Shown: positions 1 through 6,430, numbered from the stretch's first letter. The stretch: 12,537 nucleotides of DNA from PVC group bacterium (GCA_022560555.1 JADFSZ010000032.1:1-12537), one strand, 5' to 3'. The notes: generated from the sequence alone by a model not told the origin. Translations and numbers: made by a program.

Positions 1-426
1 GGCTCGTCCCGCAACGCTGTTCGCATTCCCCGTGACAAAAAGATTCGGAACCGTAAGGTGGAGTTTGCCGTTGCCGTCGGCATCAATCTCAATGTTACCA
101 AGGTCCCCTGCATGGGCTGCTTCAAGGCCATCTTTCACGACATCGCCGTGGTCGTGCTGATCCGGATTGTAATGTCCGCCGGCGGCTTTGCCGTTGTTGG
201 ACGTGTCACCAAATTCATGGATATGAAATCCATGAATGCCTTCCGGTGCCCCGTGGATTTCTACCGAAATATGAAGCCCCTGAGTAGTGTCCTCAAACGA
301 CGCAACACCGGAAATGCTCGAAGCTTCTGCTGTTCCCTTAATGTTGGCTTTTGCCGAAGCTGCACTTAGGGTTTGGGCCCATATAAGGCATAGGCAGATT
401 GTAAGAAGTGATACGATGTAACGCAT
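1..426 (-). CDS. sodC: Cu/Zn superoxide dismutase precursor (secreted/periplasmic SodC); the C-terminal end runs off the left window edge
   Basis: My own minus-strand translation starts at the ATG on the complement of 424-426. It gives 142 codons with no stop down to position 1: MRYIVSLLTICLCLIWAQTLSAASAKANIKGTAEASSISGVASFEDTTQGLHISVEIHGAPEGIHGFHIHEFGDTSNNGKAAGGHYNPDQHDHGDVVKDGLEAAHAGDLGNIEIDADGNGKLHLTVPNLFVTGNANSVAGRA. Cu/Zn-SOD hallmarks are GFHIHEFGD, GGHYNP and HAGDLGN. The N-terminus is a hydrophobic signal peptide ending LSA/ASA. A GGGAGG SD lies on the complement of 433-438, 6 nt before the ATG. It is absent from the ORF track because it is open at the window edge. The + ORF at 58-369 is its antisense shadow. 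Confidence 0.9.
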   Translation of the reverse strand, partial: MRYIVSLLTICLCLIWAQTLSAASAKANIKGTAEASSISGVASFEDTTQGLHISVEIHGAPEGIHGFHIHEFGDTSNNGKAAGGHYNPDQHDHGDVVKDGLEAAHAGDLGNIEIDADGNGKLHLTVPNLFVTGNANSVAGRA

Positions 427-482
427 GGCCAGCCTCCCGGAGATAATGATGAGAAAATTATTTCTAAATACTTGAAGACAAA

Positions 483-511
483 AGGCTATCATTTGTCCAT
501 AACTCTGTCAA
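483..511 (-). promoter_or_regulatory. Possible sigma70-type promoter for sodC
   Basis: The minus strand reads TTGACA (511-506), N17, then TGaTAGCCT (-10 hexamer at 488-483). The -35 is perfect and a TG extension is present, but the -10 matches TATAAT at only 3 of 6 positions. This is a pattern match only. Confidence 0.25.
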
Positions 512-549
512 TATGGAAAAACGGGAACGGCTTTCAATTGAGAAACAAT

Positions 550-578
550 TTGACATTGAAAGGTCTTCATGATTAAAT
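550..578 (+). promoter_or_regulatory. Possible sigma70-type promoter for ilvD
   Basis: TTGACA (550-555), N17, then TGaTTAAAT (TG at 570-571, -10 hexamer at 573-578). The imperfect inverted repeat TCAATTG-agaaa-CAATtTGA (534-553) overlaps the -35. The predicted 5' UTR to ATG 658 is about 75 nt. This is a pattern match only. Confidence 0.35.
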
Positions 579-657
579 CGACAGTTCGCAATTCATCTAA
601 GGCTTACGATCTAAAGAGATTAAACTAAAACAAATTTCCGGACTCCGGTAGTAAAAA

Positions 658-2373
658 ATGTCTCAGGCTAAAAATAAATCAAAACAAAGCACAGGGAACC
701 GAAAATATTCATCGCTTGTTCTTGATGGTGTCCAAAGAGCTCCAAGTCGTGGCATGCTTTATGCCGTAGGTTATCAAGAAGAAGATTTTCAAAAGCCGCA
801 GATCGGTGTTGTTTCCACAGGCAGTCAAATCACTCCCTGCAATATGCATATCAATCAATTGGCCCAAGAATCTCTCAAGGGCGTGAACGACCATCAAGGA
901 AAAGGACTTCTCTTTCATACCATCACTATTTCAGACGGTATCTCAATGGGAACAGAAGGAATGAAATATTCTCTTGTCTCCCGTGAAGTGATCGCAGATT
1001 CTATTGAAACCGTTGTCGGATGCCAAGGCTTTGACGGCCTCGTAGCCATTGGGGGATGTGACAAAAATATGCCGGGATGCCTTATGGCGATGGCACGCCT
1101 CAACCGGCCAAGTATTTTTGTGTATGGGGGAACCATTCTGCCCGGGAAATTGCACAATCGGGATGTAGATATTATTTCCATATTTGAAGCTGTAGGGGCC
1201 CATGCGAGTCATAAAATTTCTGATCATGAACTTAAGCAAATTGAGTCGTGTGCTATTCCCGGAGCGGGATCCTGCGGAGGGATGTATACGGCGAATACCA
1301 TGGCTTCAGCCATCGAAGCTCTCGGGATGAGCCTGCCGAACAGTTCCGCGCAAGCGGCCATTTCTCGTGAGAAAAATGAAGATTGCCGTAAAGCCGGTGA
1401 GACCTGTGTCCGTCTTATTCAGCAGAACATCCGGCCTCGGGATATCATGACGAAAAAGGCTTTTGAAAATGCGATAACAGTTGTGATAGCTCTGGGAGGA
1501 TCAACAAATGCCGTTCTTCATCTGATAGCTATAGCTCATTCGGCGAACATCAAACTGCGCCTTGAAGATTTTACACGCGTCTCAAAGCGTGTTCCCGTTT
1601 TAGCGGATTTAAAACCAAGCGGAAAATATGTGATGGCGGATCTGGTCCGGATTGGCGGCCTAACGCCGTTGTTAAAAATCCTTATGGACAACAATTTTCT
1701 TCACCCGGATTGTTTAACGGTAACGGGAAAAACCATAAAAGAGAATCTTTCAGATGCCCCTGCTTACCCTCAGGGACAGACAGTCATCCGTTCCTTAGAT
1801 CATCCGATTAAAAAAGAGGGGCATATTGTTATCCTCTACGGAAATCTGGCACCCGAAGGAGCTGTTGCGAAAATTACCGGGAAAGAAGGCCTTCGGTTCA
1901 CAGGCCTTGCCAAAGTGTTTGACTCGGAGGAAAAAGCTCTCGCAAAAATACTGGGCGGAACCATCAAAAAAGGACATGTGATCGTGATTCGCTATGAAGG
2001 TCCTAGAGGTGGTCCTGGGATGAGAGAAATGCTCTCTCCGACATCCGCGATAATGGGAAAAGGCCTCGGAAAAGACGTGGCTCTGATTACCGACGGACGT
2101 TTTTCTGGCGGAAGCCACGGATTTGTGGTTGGCCATATCACACCGGAGGCTTACGACGGAGGCGTGCTGGCGATTATCAGGGATGGAGATCCGATTACTA
2201 TTGATGCCGAGAAGAGAGAAATTAATCTTGAAATTCCAAAGACTGAAATAAAAAAGCGCCTCAAAAACTGGAAAGCCCCCCGGGTTAAATATCGTCGTGG
2301 TGTTTTGGCGAAATACAGAGCCAGCGTTACATCCGCTAGCGAGGGTGCGGTTACGGATATCTTTGAGAAATAG
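658..2373 (+). CDS. ilvD: Dihydroxy-acid dehydratase (IlvD/Edd family)
   Basis: The 571-aa ORF carries family hallmarks along its full length: [59 protein letters not shown] and [22 protein letters not shown]. The next in-frame Met lies inside the conserved core, so ATG 658 is the only sensible start. Confidence 0.95.
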   Translation: MSQAKNKSKQSTGNRKYSSLVLDGVQRAPSRGMLYAVGYQEEDFQKPQIGVVSTGSQITPCNMHINQLAQESLKGVNDHQGKGLLFHTITISDGISMGTEGMKYSLVSREVIADSIETVVGCQGFDGLVAIGGCDKNMPGCLMAMARLNRPSIFVYGGTILPGKLHNRDVDIISIFEAVGAHASHKISDHELKQIESCAIPGAGSCGGMYTANTMASAIEALGMSLPNSSAQAAISREKNEDCRKAGETCVRLIQQNIRPRDIMTKKAFENAITVVIALGGSTNAVLHLIAIAHSANIKLRLEDFTRVSKRVPVLADLKPSGKYVMADLVRIGGLTPLLKILMDNNFLHPDCLTVTGKTIKENLSDAPAYPQGQTVIRSLDHPIKKEGHIVILYGNLAPEGAVAKITGKEGLRFTGLAKVFDSEEKALAKILGGTIKKGHVIVIRYEGPRGGPGMREMLSPTSAIMGKGLGKDVALITDGRFSGGSHGFVVGHITPEAYDGGVLAIIRDGDPITIDAEKREINLEIPKTEIKKRLKNWKAPRVKYRRGVLAKYRASVTSASEGAVTDIFEK

Positions 2374-2377
2374 GTTG

Positions 2378-2926
2378 ATGAGAATTTTCTATAAATTTAT
2401 TATCGTTATTTTCTTTCTGAGTGCATTCAGCCTGTGCATGACGGAGTGTGAAGCGTCAAGAAAGACGGACACTTTTAAAAAAAAGAAAAAACAAGCACCC
2501 TCTCAGGTGCATCTCAATATGATGTCCAAACACGGGCCGAGCTGGTGGTATCGATACCATTACAAGAACTGGAAGGCGTCTCACGAAGATCTTATTTTCA
2601 GGATAGACGGTAATCTGCCTGTCAGGCGACGGAACTTTAATAATACACTGCAGAGTTTATACGGCATGCAGATGTTTTTGCCGGATACATACGGACAAAA
2701 TTTGCAGGAGCAAATCGATCGCTTGGAGCATTTGGAGAGGGACGTGCTAAAAGCCATTATGAAAACGACTCAAATAGGAAAGGTCACACCGAGACTTGAA
2801 AAAGTTTACCGGGCTGTTCATCGTGACTTTTCTTATACAGAGTTTAATGACGGGATCTTTGTTATGCCGGAAGCCTACCGCCAAATGATCGAAGAGGAAA
2901 GGTCTTTTGGAGATTTAAATGAGTAA
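2378..2926 (+). CDS. Hypothetical secreted protein (N-terminal signal peptide, no family recognised)
   Basis: The track ORF 2297-2926 overlaps the ilvD 3' end. The first plausible start is ATG 2378, 4 nt after the ilvD stop. That start gives MRIFYKFIIVIFFLSAFSLCMTECEA|SRK.., a charged N-terminus plus hydrophobic core, followed by a lysine run and a mostly helical-looking charged body. Its stop overlaps the gmhB start by 8 nt. I recognise no motif. Confidence 0.6.
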   Translation: MRIFYKFIIVIFFLSAFSLCMTECEASRKTDTFKKKKKQAPSQVHLNMMSKHGPSWWYRYHYKNWKASHEDLIFRIDGNLPVRRRNFNNTLQSLYGMQMFLPDTYGQNLQEQIDRLEHLERDVLKAIMKTTQIGKVTPRLEKVYRAVHRDFSYTEFNDGIFVMPEAYRQMIEEERSFGDLNE

Positions 2927-3467
2927 GAACGCAACATATGTTTTTTTAGATCGGGACGGAGTGATCAATAAACGATTGAAAGGATATGTTTCTTCTTTAG
3001 ACGAGTTTCAGTTCTTGCCCAAGGCTCAAAAGGCCATAAAATTATTTCATCAAAATCGCTTTCGGGTCATTGTGGTATCGAATCAGGCCGGTGTTGGAAG
3101 AGGTCTTGTTAAAAAGGAGGAGCTCAAACGCGTGACGGATTCTATGGTTCGTGAAGTCCGGGCTTCCGGCGGAGACATTCTTGCGGTTTATTACTGCCCA
3201 TGCCGGAAAGAAGACCACTGTTCGTGTCGTAAACCAAATCCCGGCCTTTTGCTTTCGGCCGCTCGAGAATTTGACATTGATCTGGAAAGCTCCTGGATGA
3301 TCGGGGATGAGTTAAAAGACATGCAGGCCGGAAAAGCTGTCGGGGCCAAAACGATTCTTGTGGACACGCCCATCAACAGGGTCCCCAAGAAACATCGTCA
3401 AAAAGTAGATTATGGCGCCAAAGATCTTTTAGCAGCGTATGCGATTATCAAGAAAAATGTTCAATAA
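2919..3467 (+). CDS. gmhB: D-glycero-D-manno-heptose 1,7-bisphosphate phosphatase (HAD superfamily, GmhB/HisB-N type)
   Basis: 182 aa. HAD motif I is FLDRDGVIN and motif II is VVSNQ. The Cys-rich Zn loop plus RKPxPG appears as YYCPCRKEDHCSCRKPNPGLL. The C-terminal motif is MIGDELKDMQAG. Confidence 0.85.
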   Translation: MSKNATYVFLDRDGVINKRLKGYVSSLDEFQFLPKAQKAIKLFHQNRFRVIVVSNQAGVGRGLVKKEELKRVTDSMVREVRASGGDILAVYYCPCRKEDHCSCRKPNPGLLLSAAREFDIDLESSWMIGDELKDMQAGKAVGAKTILVDTPINRVPKKHRQKVDYGAKDLLAAYAIIKKNVQ

Positions 3468-3520
3468 AAAAAGTGTTTTAATAAAAATTATTGTTCAGTG
3501 AAAAGATAAGGGTTTGCACA

Positions 3521-3997
3521 ATGAGTATCGAGAGAACGCTCGTTATTATAAAGCCGGATGCTGTCGATCGCAGATTAACCGGGAAAATTATAGACCGTTT
3601 TTTGGCCAAGGGTCTCGATGTTGTGGCCATGAAAATGAAGCGCTTGGAAGCGGACACTGTTCAAAAGCATTATGAAGTGCATAAGGGAAGAGATTTTTAT
3701 GGTGATCTTTTGGAATTCATGCTGTCGGGACCTGTTATTCTCATGGTGCTCGAGGGAAAAGAGGCCGTCCAAGTCGTTCGTGTATTGCTTGGCCCCACAG
3801 ATGCTGCTCAAGCTTCCCCCGGTACCATTCGCGGTGATTGGGGGCTGAGTACCCGGTACAATCTTGTGCATGCTTCGGATTCTTTAGGCTCGGCGCAAAA
3901 AGAGATTGATTTGTTCTTTCAGGACTCTGAGATTTGTGACGTTCATGAGCAAGACAGACGGTGGATTTTGGCCAAAAAAAATGACGAATGGATTTAA
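3521..3997 (+). CDS. ndk: Nucleoside diphosphate kinase
   Basis: The sequence is MSIERTLVIIKPDAV..GPVILMVLEG..LLGPTD..PGTIRGDWG..NLVHASDS..EIDLFF. I prefer ATG 3521 over the track's TTG 3491 because Ndk proteins begin a few residues before the (T/R)xxIIKPD strand. The product is 158 aa and has a C-terminal tail about 15 residues longer than the E. coli Ndk sequence as I recall it. Confidence 0.9.
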   Translation: MSIERTLVIIKPDAVDRRLTGKIIDRFLAKGLDVVAMKMKRLEADTVQKHYEVHKGRDFYGDLLEFMLSGPVILMVLEGKEAVQVVRVLLGPTDAAQASPGTIRGDWGLSTRYNLVHASDSLGSAQKEIDLFFQDSEICDVHEQDRRWILAKKNDEWI

Positions 3998-4656
3998 TGA
4001 TGAGCCGATTTATTGATAATTTACTGAAGAAGATGCATATATCGCACGAAGGGAAATCAGTCCTTATGGCCGGATCGGTTCTCTCGCTTGTTTTTTTTAT
4101 CTGGGCGCCCTCTTTGGCCGTGTATGGGTTCCTTCTTTTAATTTTCATGATGTCTTTTTTCCGGGATCCCGTGCGACAAATTCCGGATAACCCCCAGGTG
4201 GTTGTTTCTCCCGCCGATGGGCGTATTAGTGATATTGACATTGTCCGGTTTGACGCCTTCGGCGACATTCCCGTTCGGCGTATTGGGATATTTTTATCTG
4301 TGTTTGACGCACATGTGCAGCGTTATCCCTTTTCAGGAATCATCGAAAAAGTTCAATACAGAAAAGGGCGCTTTCATGCGGCCTTTTCTGAAAAAGCTTC
4401 TCAATGCAACGAATCGAATACCGTTGTGATCGGGACAGACCACGGGCCCTTTGCCGTTCGCCAAATAGCGGGTTTTATCGCAAGACGCATTGTGTGTCAC
4501 GCCAAACCCGAAAAAGAGGTTGTCAAAGGAGCCCGGCTTGGTATAATCATGTTTGGATCCCGCGTGGAATTATATATCCCAGAGCACATTGACCTTACGG
4601 CGCATGTGGGTGATCGGGTTAAAGCAGGAGAAACCATTTTAGGAGTTATTTCGTGA
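3988..4656 (+). CDS. psd: Phosphatidylserine decarboxylase proenzyme (short, membrane-anchored type)
   Basis: The N-terminus is a hydrophobic anchor. Family motifs follow: VVSPADGRISDI, FLSVFDAHVQRYPFSG and the self-cleavage region IMFGSRVELYIP (G-S). The start is ambiguous among ATG 3988, 3997 and 4000. ATG 3997 shares one base with the ndk TAA stop (TAATG). Confidence 0.88.
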   Translation: MDLMMSRFIDNLLKKMHISHEGKSVLMAGSVLSLVFFIWAPSLAVYGFLLLIFMMSFFRDPVRQIPDNPQVVVSPADGRISDIDIVRFDAFGDIPVRRIGIFLSVFDAHVQRYPFSGIIEKVQYRKGRFHAAFSEKASQCNESNTVVIGTDHGPFAVRQIAGFIARRIVCHAKPEKEVVKGARLGIIMFGSRVELYIPEHIDLTAHVGDRVKAGETILGVIS

Positions 4657-5387
4657 AAAAAACGTATCTATTACCGAATTTTATATCCATGGGCAATTTT
4701 TTAGCCGGATTATATGCTATCATCTTTGCCATTCAGGGGCGTATTCTTATGGCCGCCTATCTGATTCTTTTGGCGATGCTCTTTGATTTTGTCGATGGAA
4801 CCGTCGCCAGATTGACGAAGACAGAGAGTCATTTTGGCATGCAGCTGGACTCTTTATGTGATATCGTTTCATTTGGCGTAGCTCCGATGGTTCTCGTGTA
4901 TATGCTATTTATGAGTCAAGCCGAAAAATTTGGATGGTTTTCCGGAGTGTTATTTGCCGCCTGCGGAGTTTTGAGACTCGCTCGCTACAACACGCAAGCG
5001 AAGACAGACGGAAAGCACTATTTTGATGGTCTTCCGATTCCCGCAGCTGCGGGATTTATCGTGTCTTACGTCATCTTTTGCTATACCAAAAGTTTATCGT
5101 TCCTTCTGGCTTTAACGCCGCTCCTTGTTATGGCAACAGCGCTTCTCATGGTTTGCGGAATTCGCTATCCGAGTTTTCGAAAGCTTGATTTTAAACGCAG
5201 GCGCAGCCTCGAATCGATGCTTTTAATCATTTTAATCGCGATTTTAGCGACGCGGGATTTTCATGTATTTCTCGTTTGGTGTTTTACGGGATATGTTTTG
5301 ATCGGGGTCATCTCTCACGTCTGGAAGCATCCGCTGTGGACAAAGAAAAAGACAGAGGAAGTTCTCGCCTCAGAGGAAAAACCATGA
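4653..5387 (+). CDS. pssA: CDP-diacylglycerol--serine O-phosphatidyltransferase (CDP-alcohol phosphatidyltransferase family)
   Basis: The full DG(x)2AR(x)8G(x)3D(x)3D signature is present as DFVDGTVARLTKTESHFGMQLDSLCDIVSFGVAP. The protein is multi-pass hydrophobic. The GTG start overlaps the psd TGA stop (GTGA). Adjacent psd and pssA form a coherent phosphatidylethanolamine synthesis pair. Confidence 0.9.
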   Translation: MKKTYLLPNFISMGNFLAGLYAIIFAIQGRILMAAYLILLAMLFDFVDGTVARLTKTESHFGMQLDSLCDIVSFGVAPMVLVYMLFMSQAEKFGWFSGVLFAACGVLRLARYNTQAKTDGKHYFDGLPIPAAAGFIVSYVIFCYTKSLSFLLALTPLLVMATALLMVCGIRYPSFRKLDFKRRRSLESMLLIILIAILATRDFHVFLVWCFTGYVLIGVISHVWKHPLWTKKKTEEVLASEEKP

Positions 5388-5421
5388 ATACCGTAAAAAC
5401 ATACCGGGCAGAAACCCCAAG

Positions 5422-5470
5422 TTTTTCATAAAACTGATTTTTCATAAAACTGACCTTTTCACAAAAATAA
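5422..5470 (+). repeat. Tandem direct repeat: two perfect 16-bp units plus one degenerate copy, just upstream of the kinase start
   Basis: TTTTTCATAAAACTGA occurs at 5422-5437 and again, identical, at 5438-5453. CTTTTCACAAAAATAA at 5455-5470 matches the unit at 12 of 16 positions. The array ends 7 nt before ATG 5478. I counted this directly in the sequence. Confidence 0.9.
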
Positions 5471-5477
5471 TATTTCC

Positions 5478-6158
5478 ATGGATGCAGGGTTCAATCACGA
5501 ACAAACGAAAAAGATAGAAAAGCTCGTCGCATCCATTGCGCATGAAATTAAGAATCCTCTTGCCGGAATAAGTTCAACCGTCCAAATCTTATCAAGTAAG
5601 CTTCCGCCCGAAGACCACAGGCGTAATTGTATTGATATCATCCTGGAAGAAGTGTCCCGTCTTGAAAGAATTCTGGACCGCTTTCTGATGTTGGCTCGGC
5701 CTCGAAAGCTCACAAAAACCCTGCTGGATGTTAATGAAATTATTGAGAAAGTTATCACTCTCGAACAAAAAAATTATGACCGGAAAAAGATTCAAATGAA
5801 TTTTTATCCGTCTCCGACCACTGACAAGATCCTTGGGGATGCCGAACAAATACAACAAGTCATTCTGAACCTTCTCATCAATTCCAGAAATGCTCTTAAG
5901 GTAGGGGGGGTCGTTGACATTAAGGTTGAATCCTATCCGGAACATGTAAAGATTATGGTGATCGATAACGGTCCCGGAGTTTCTCTCCGGAGCACGCAGG
6001 AGATTTTTGAGCCCTTCTATTCAACGACCCGAAAGGGAGTGGGTTTGGGGCTGGCCATTAGTCGCCGAATTATGAGGGAGCATGGGGGAGATCTCGTTTA
6101 TGAATCGCCGAAGCAGGGGGCCGTTTTTGTTATGAATTTACCGCGAAACCAGATATAG
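5478..6158 (+). CDS. Histidine kinase, DHp (HisKA) + HATPase_c core only, no sensor or transmembrane domain
   Basis: 226 aa. The H-box SIAHEIKNPLAGI starts about 20 residues from the N-terminus. The N-box is LNLLINSRNAL, G1 is VIDNGPGV, the F-box region is IFEPFYST and G2 is KGVGLGLAISRRI. An in-frame TGA at 5451-5453 and stop-rich other frames exclude a longer N-terminus. There is no SD before the ATG. Confidence 0.88.
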   Translation: MDAGFNHEQTKKIEKLVASIAHEIKNPLAGISSTVQILSSKLPPEDHRRNCIDIILEEVSRLERILDRFLMLARPRKLTKTLLDVNEIIEKVITLEQKNYDRKKIQMNFYPSPTTDKILGDAEQIQQVILNLLINSRNALKVGGVVDIKVESYPEHVKIMVIDNGPGVSLRSTQEIFEPFYSTTRKGVGLGLAISRRIMREHGGDLVYESPKQGAVFVMNLPRNQI

Positions 6159-6250
6159 ATAGTTCATAACATTATTATCGACAGTATCTTAATAATGAAT
6201 TGGACTCCATCGGCTTTTAGAGCTTGCTTGGGACTGCTGAGAAAACCGGC

Positions 6251-6278
6251 TTGACTTTTATCATGATTTTGCTAATAT
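6251..6278 (+). promoter_or_regulatory. Near-consensus sigma70 promoter with extended -10 inside the 345-bp gap
   Basis: TTGACT (6251-6256), a 16-nt spacer, then TGcTAATAT (TG at 6270-6271, -10 hexamer at 6273-6278). The predicted transcription start is near 6285. This is a pattern match only. Confidence 0.45.
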
Positions 6279-6284
6279 GCACGT

Positions 6285-6430
6285 TCCTCTGTTCGAGCTT
6301 CTTTTTGAGAAATCTGCCAGAGGGATGGCTCCTGTTAAAAAAATGTAACACTTTTTTGAGTTTGATCTTATGAAAATTTTTTTAGGATTCCATGGGTCGG
6401 AAGCCCGGCTTTGATGAATCCTATTTTTTT
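6285..6430 (+). promoter_or_regulatory. Candidate ~145-nt non-coding transcript: stand-alone sRNA or attenuating leader of the glmU-like/prs operon (family unknown)
   Basis: It is bounded by the promoter at 6251-6278 and the terminator at 6384-6430. No ORF with an SD lies between them. It contains helices that compete with each other (see findings). The boundaries are inferred, not measured. Confidence 0.3.
6384..6430 (+). terminator. Rho-independent terminator-like hairpin plus T7 tract
   Basis: AGGATTC (6384-6390) pairs with GAATCCT (6416-6422). An inner helix GGG-u-C[GGAA]G-CCC lies at 6394-6406. The stem is followed immediately by A then TTTTTTT (6424-6430). The T-tract follows the stem only on the + strand, which sets the orientation. 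Confidence 0.6.

Noticed and set aside
58-369. 103-aa + strand ORF from the track
   Set aside because: It lies exactly antisense to a minus-strand reading frame with unmistakable Cu/Zn-SOD motifs. Its own sequence has no recognisable features, so it is a shadow ORF.
709-2136. Minus-strand ORFs inside ilvD (709-918, 915-1181, 943-1239, 1795-2136)
   Set aside because: All are antisense to a full-length, motif-rich IlvD and none has recognisable features.
3741-4268. 175-aa minus-strand ORF, the longest antisense ORF in the window
   Set aside because: It overlaps the well-supported ndk and psd genes. Its composition is low-complexity and Arg/Ser/Pro-rich, typical of antisense frames, and it has no motif or SD.
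4202-4592. Alternative-frame + ORFs inside psd (4202-4429, 4404-4592)
   Set aside because: They are out of frame with the Psd motifs (VVSPADG, FGSR), and their sequences are Arg/Cys-rich junk.
6156-6254. In-frame read-through of the kinase TAG stop, which would add 32 residues (IVHNIIIDSILIMNWTPSAFRACLGLLRKPA) before the TGA at 6252-6254
   Set aside because: The kinase already ends at the normal end of the HATPase_c fold, and the extension has no recognisable features or supporting signal.
6263-6373. 36-aa hydrophobic small ORF (MILLICTFLCSSFFLRNLPEGWLLLKKCNTFLSLIL), considered as a type I toxin-like peptide. Also the 23-aa ORF at 6277-6348 and the 22-aa minus-strand ORF at 6436-6368.
   Set aside because: None has an SD. 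The two + ORFs start inside or upstream of the predicted -10 element, so they would not be on the predicted transcript. All are too short to score. I cannot support coding.
6241-6412. Known structured RNAs considered for the gap. GAAAACCGGCTTGA (6241-6254) and GGAAGCCCGGCTTTGA (6399-6414) vaguely resemble RNase P conserved regions. The GGAA tetraloop hairpin resembles SRP RNA. GTTCGAG (6291-6297) resembles a tRNA T-loop.
   Set aside because: The order of the RNase P-like strings is wrong and the rest of the core is missing. There are no SRP AGCA/symmetric-loop motifs. There are no complementary T-stem arms and no acceptor/anticodon architecture. A 6S-like pairing between the 5' and 3' ends is absent.
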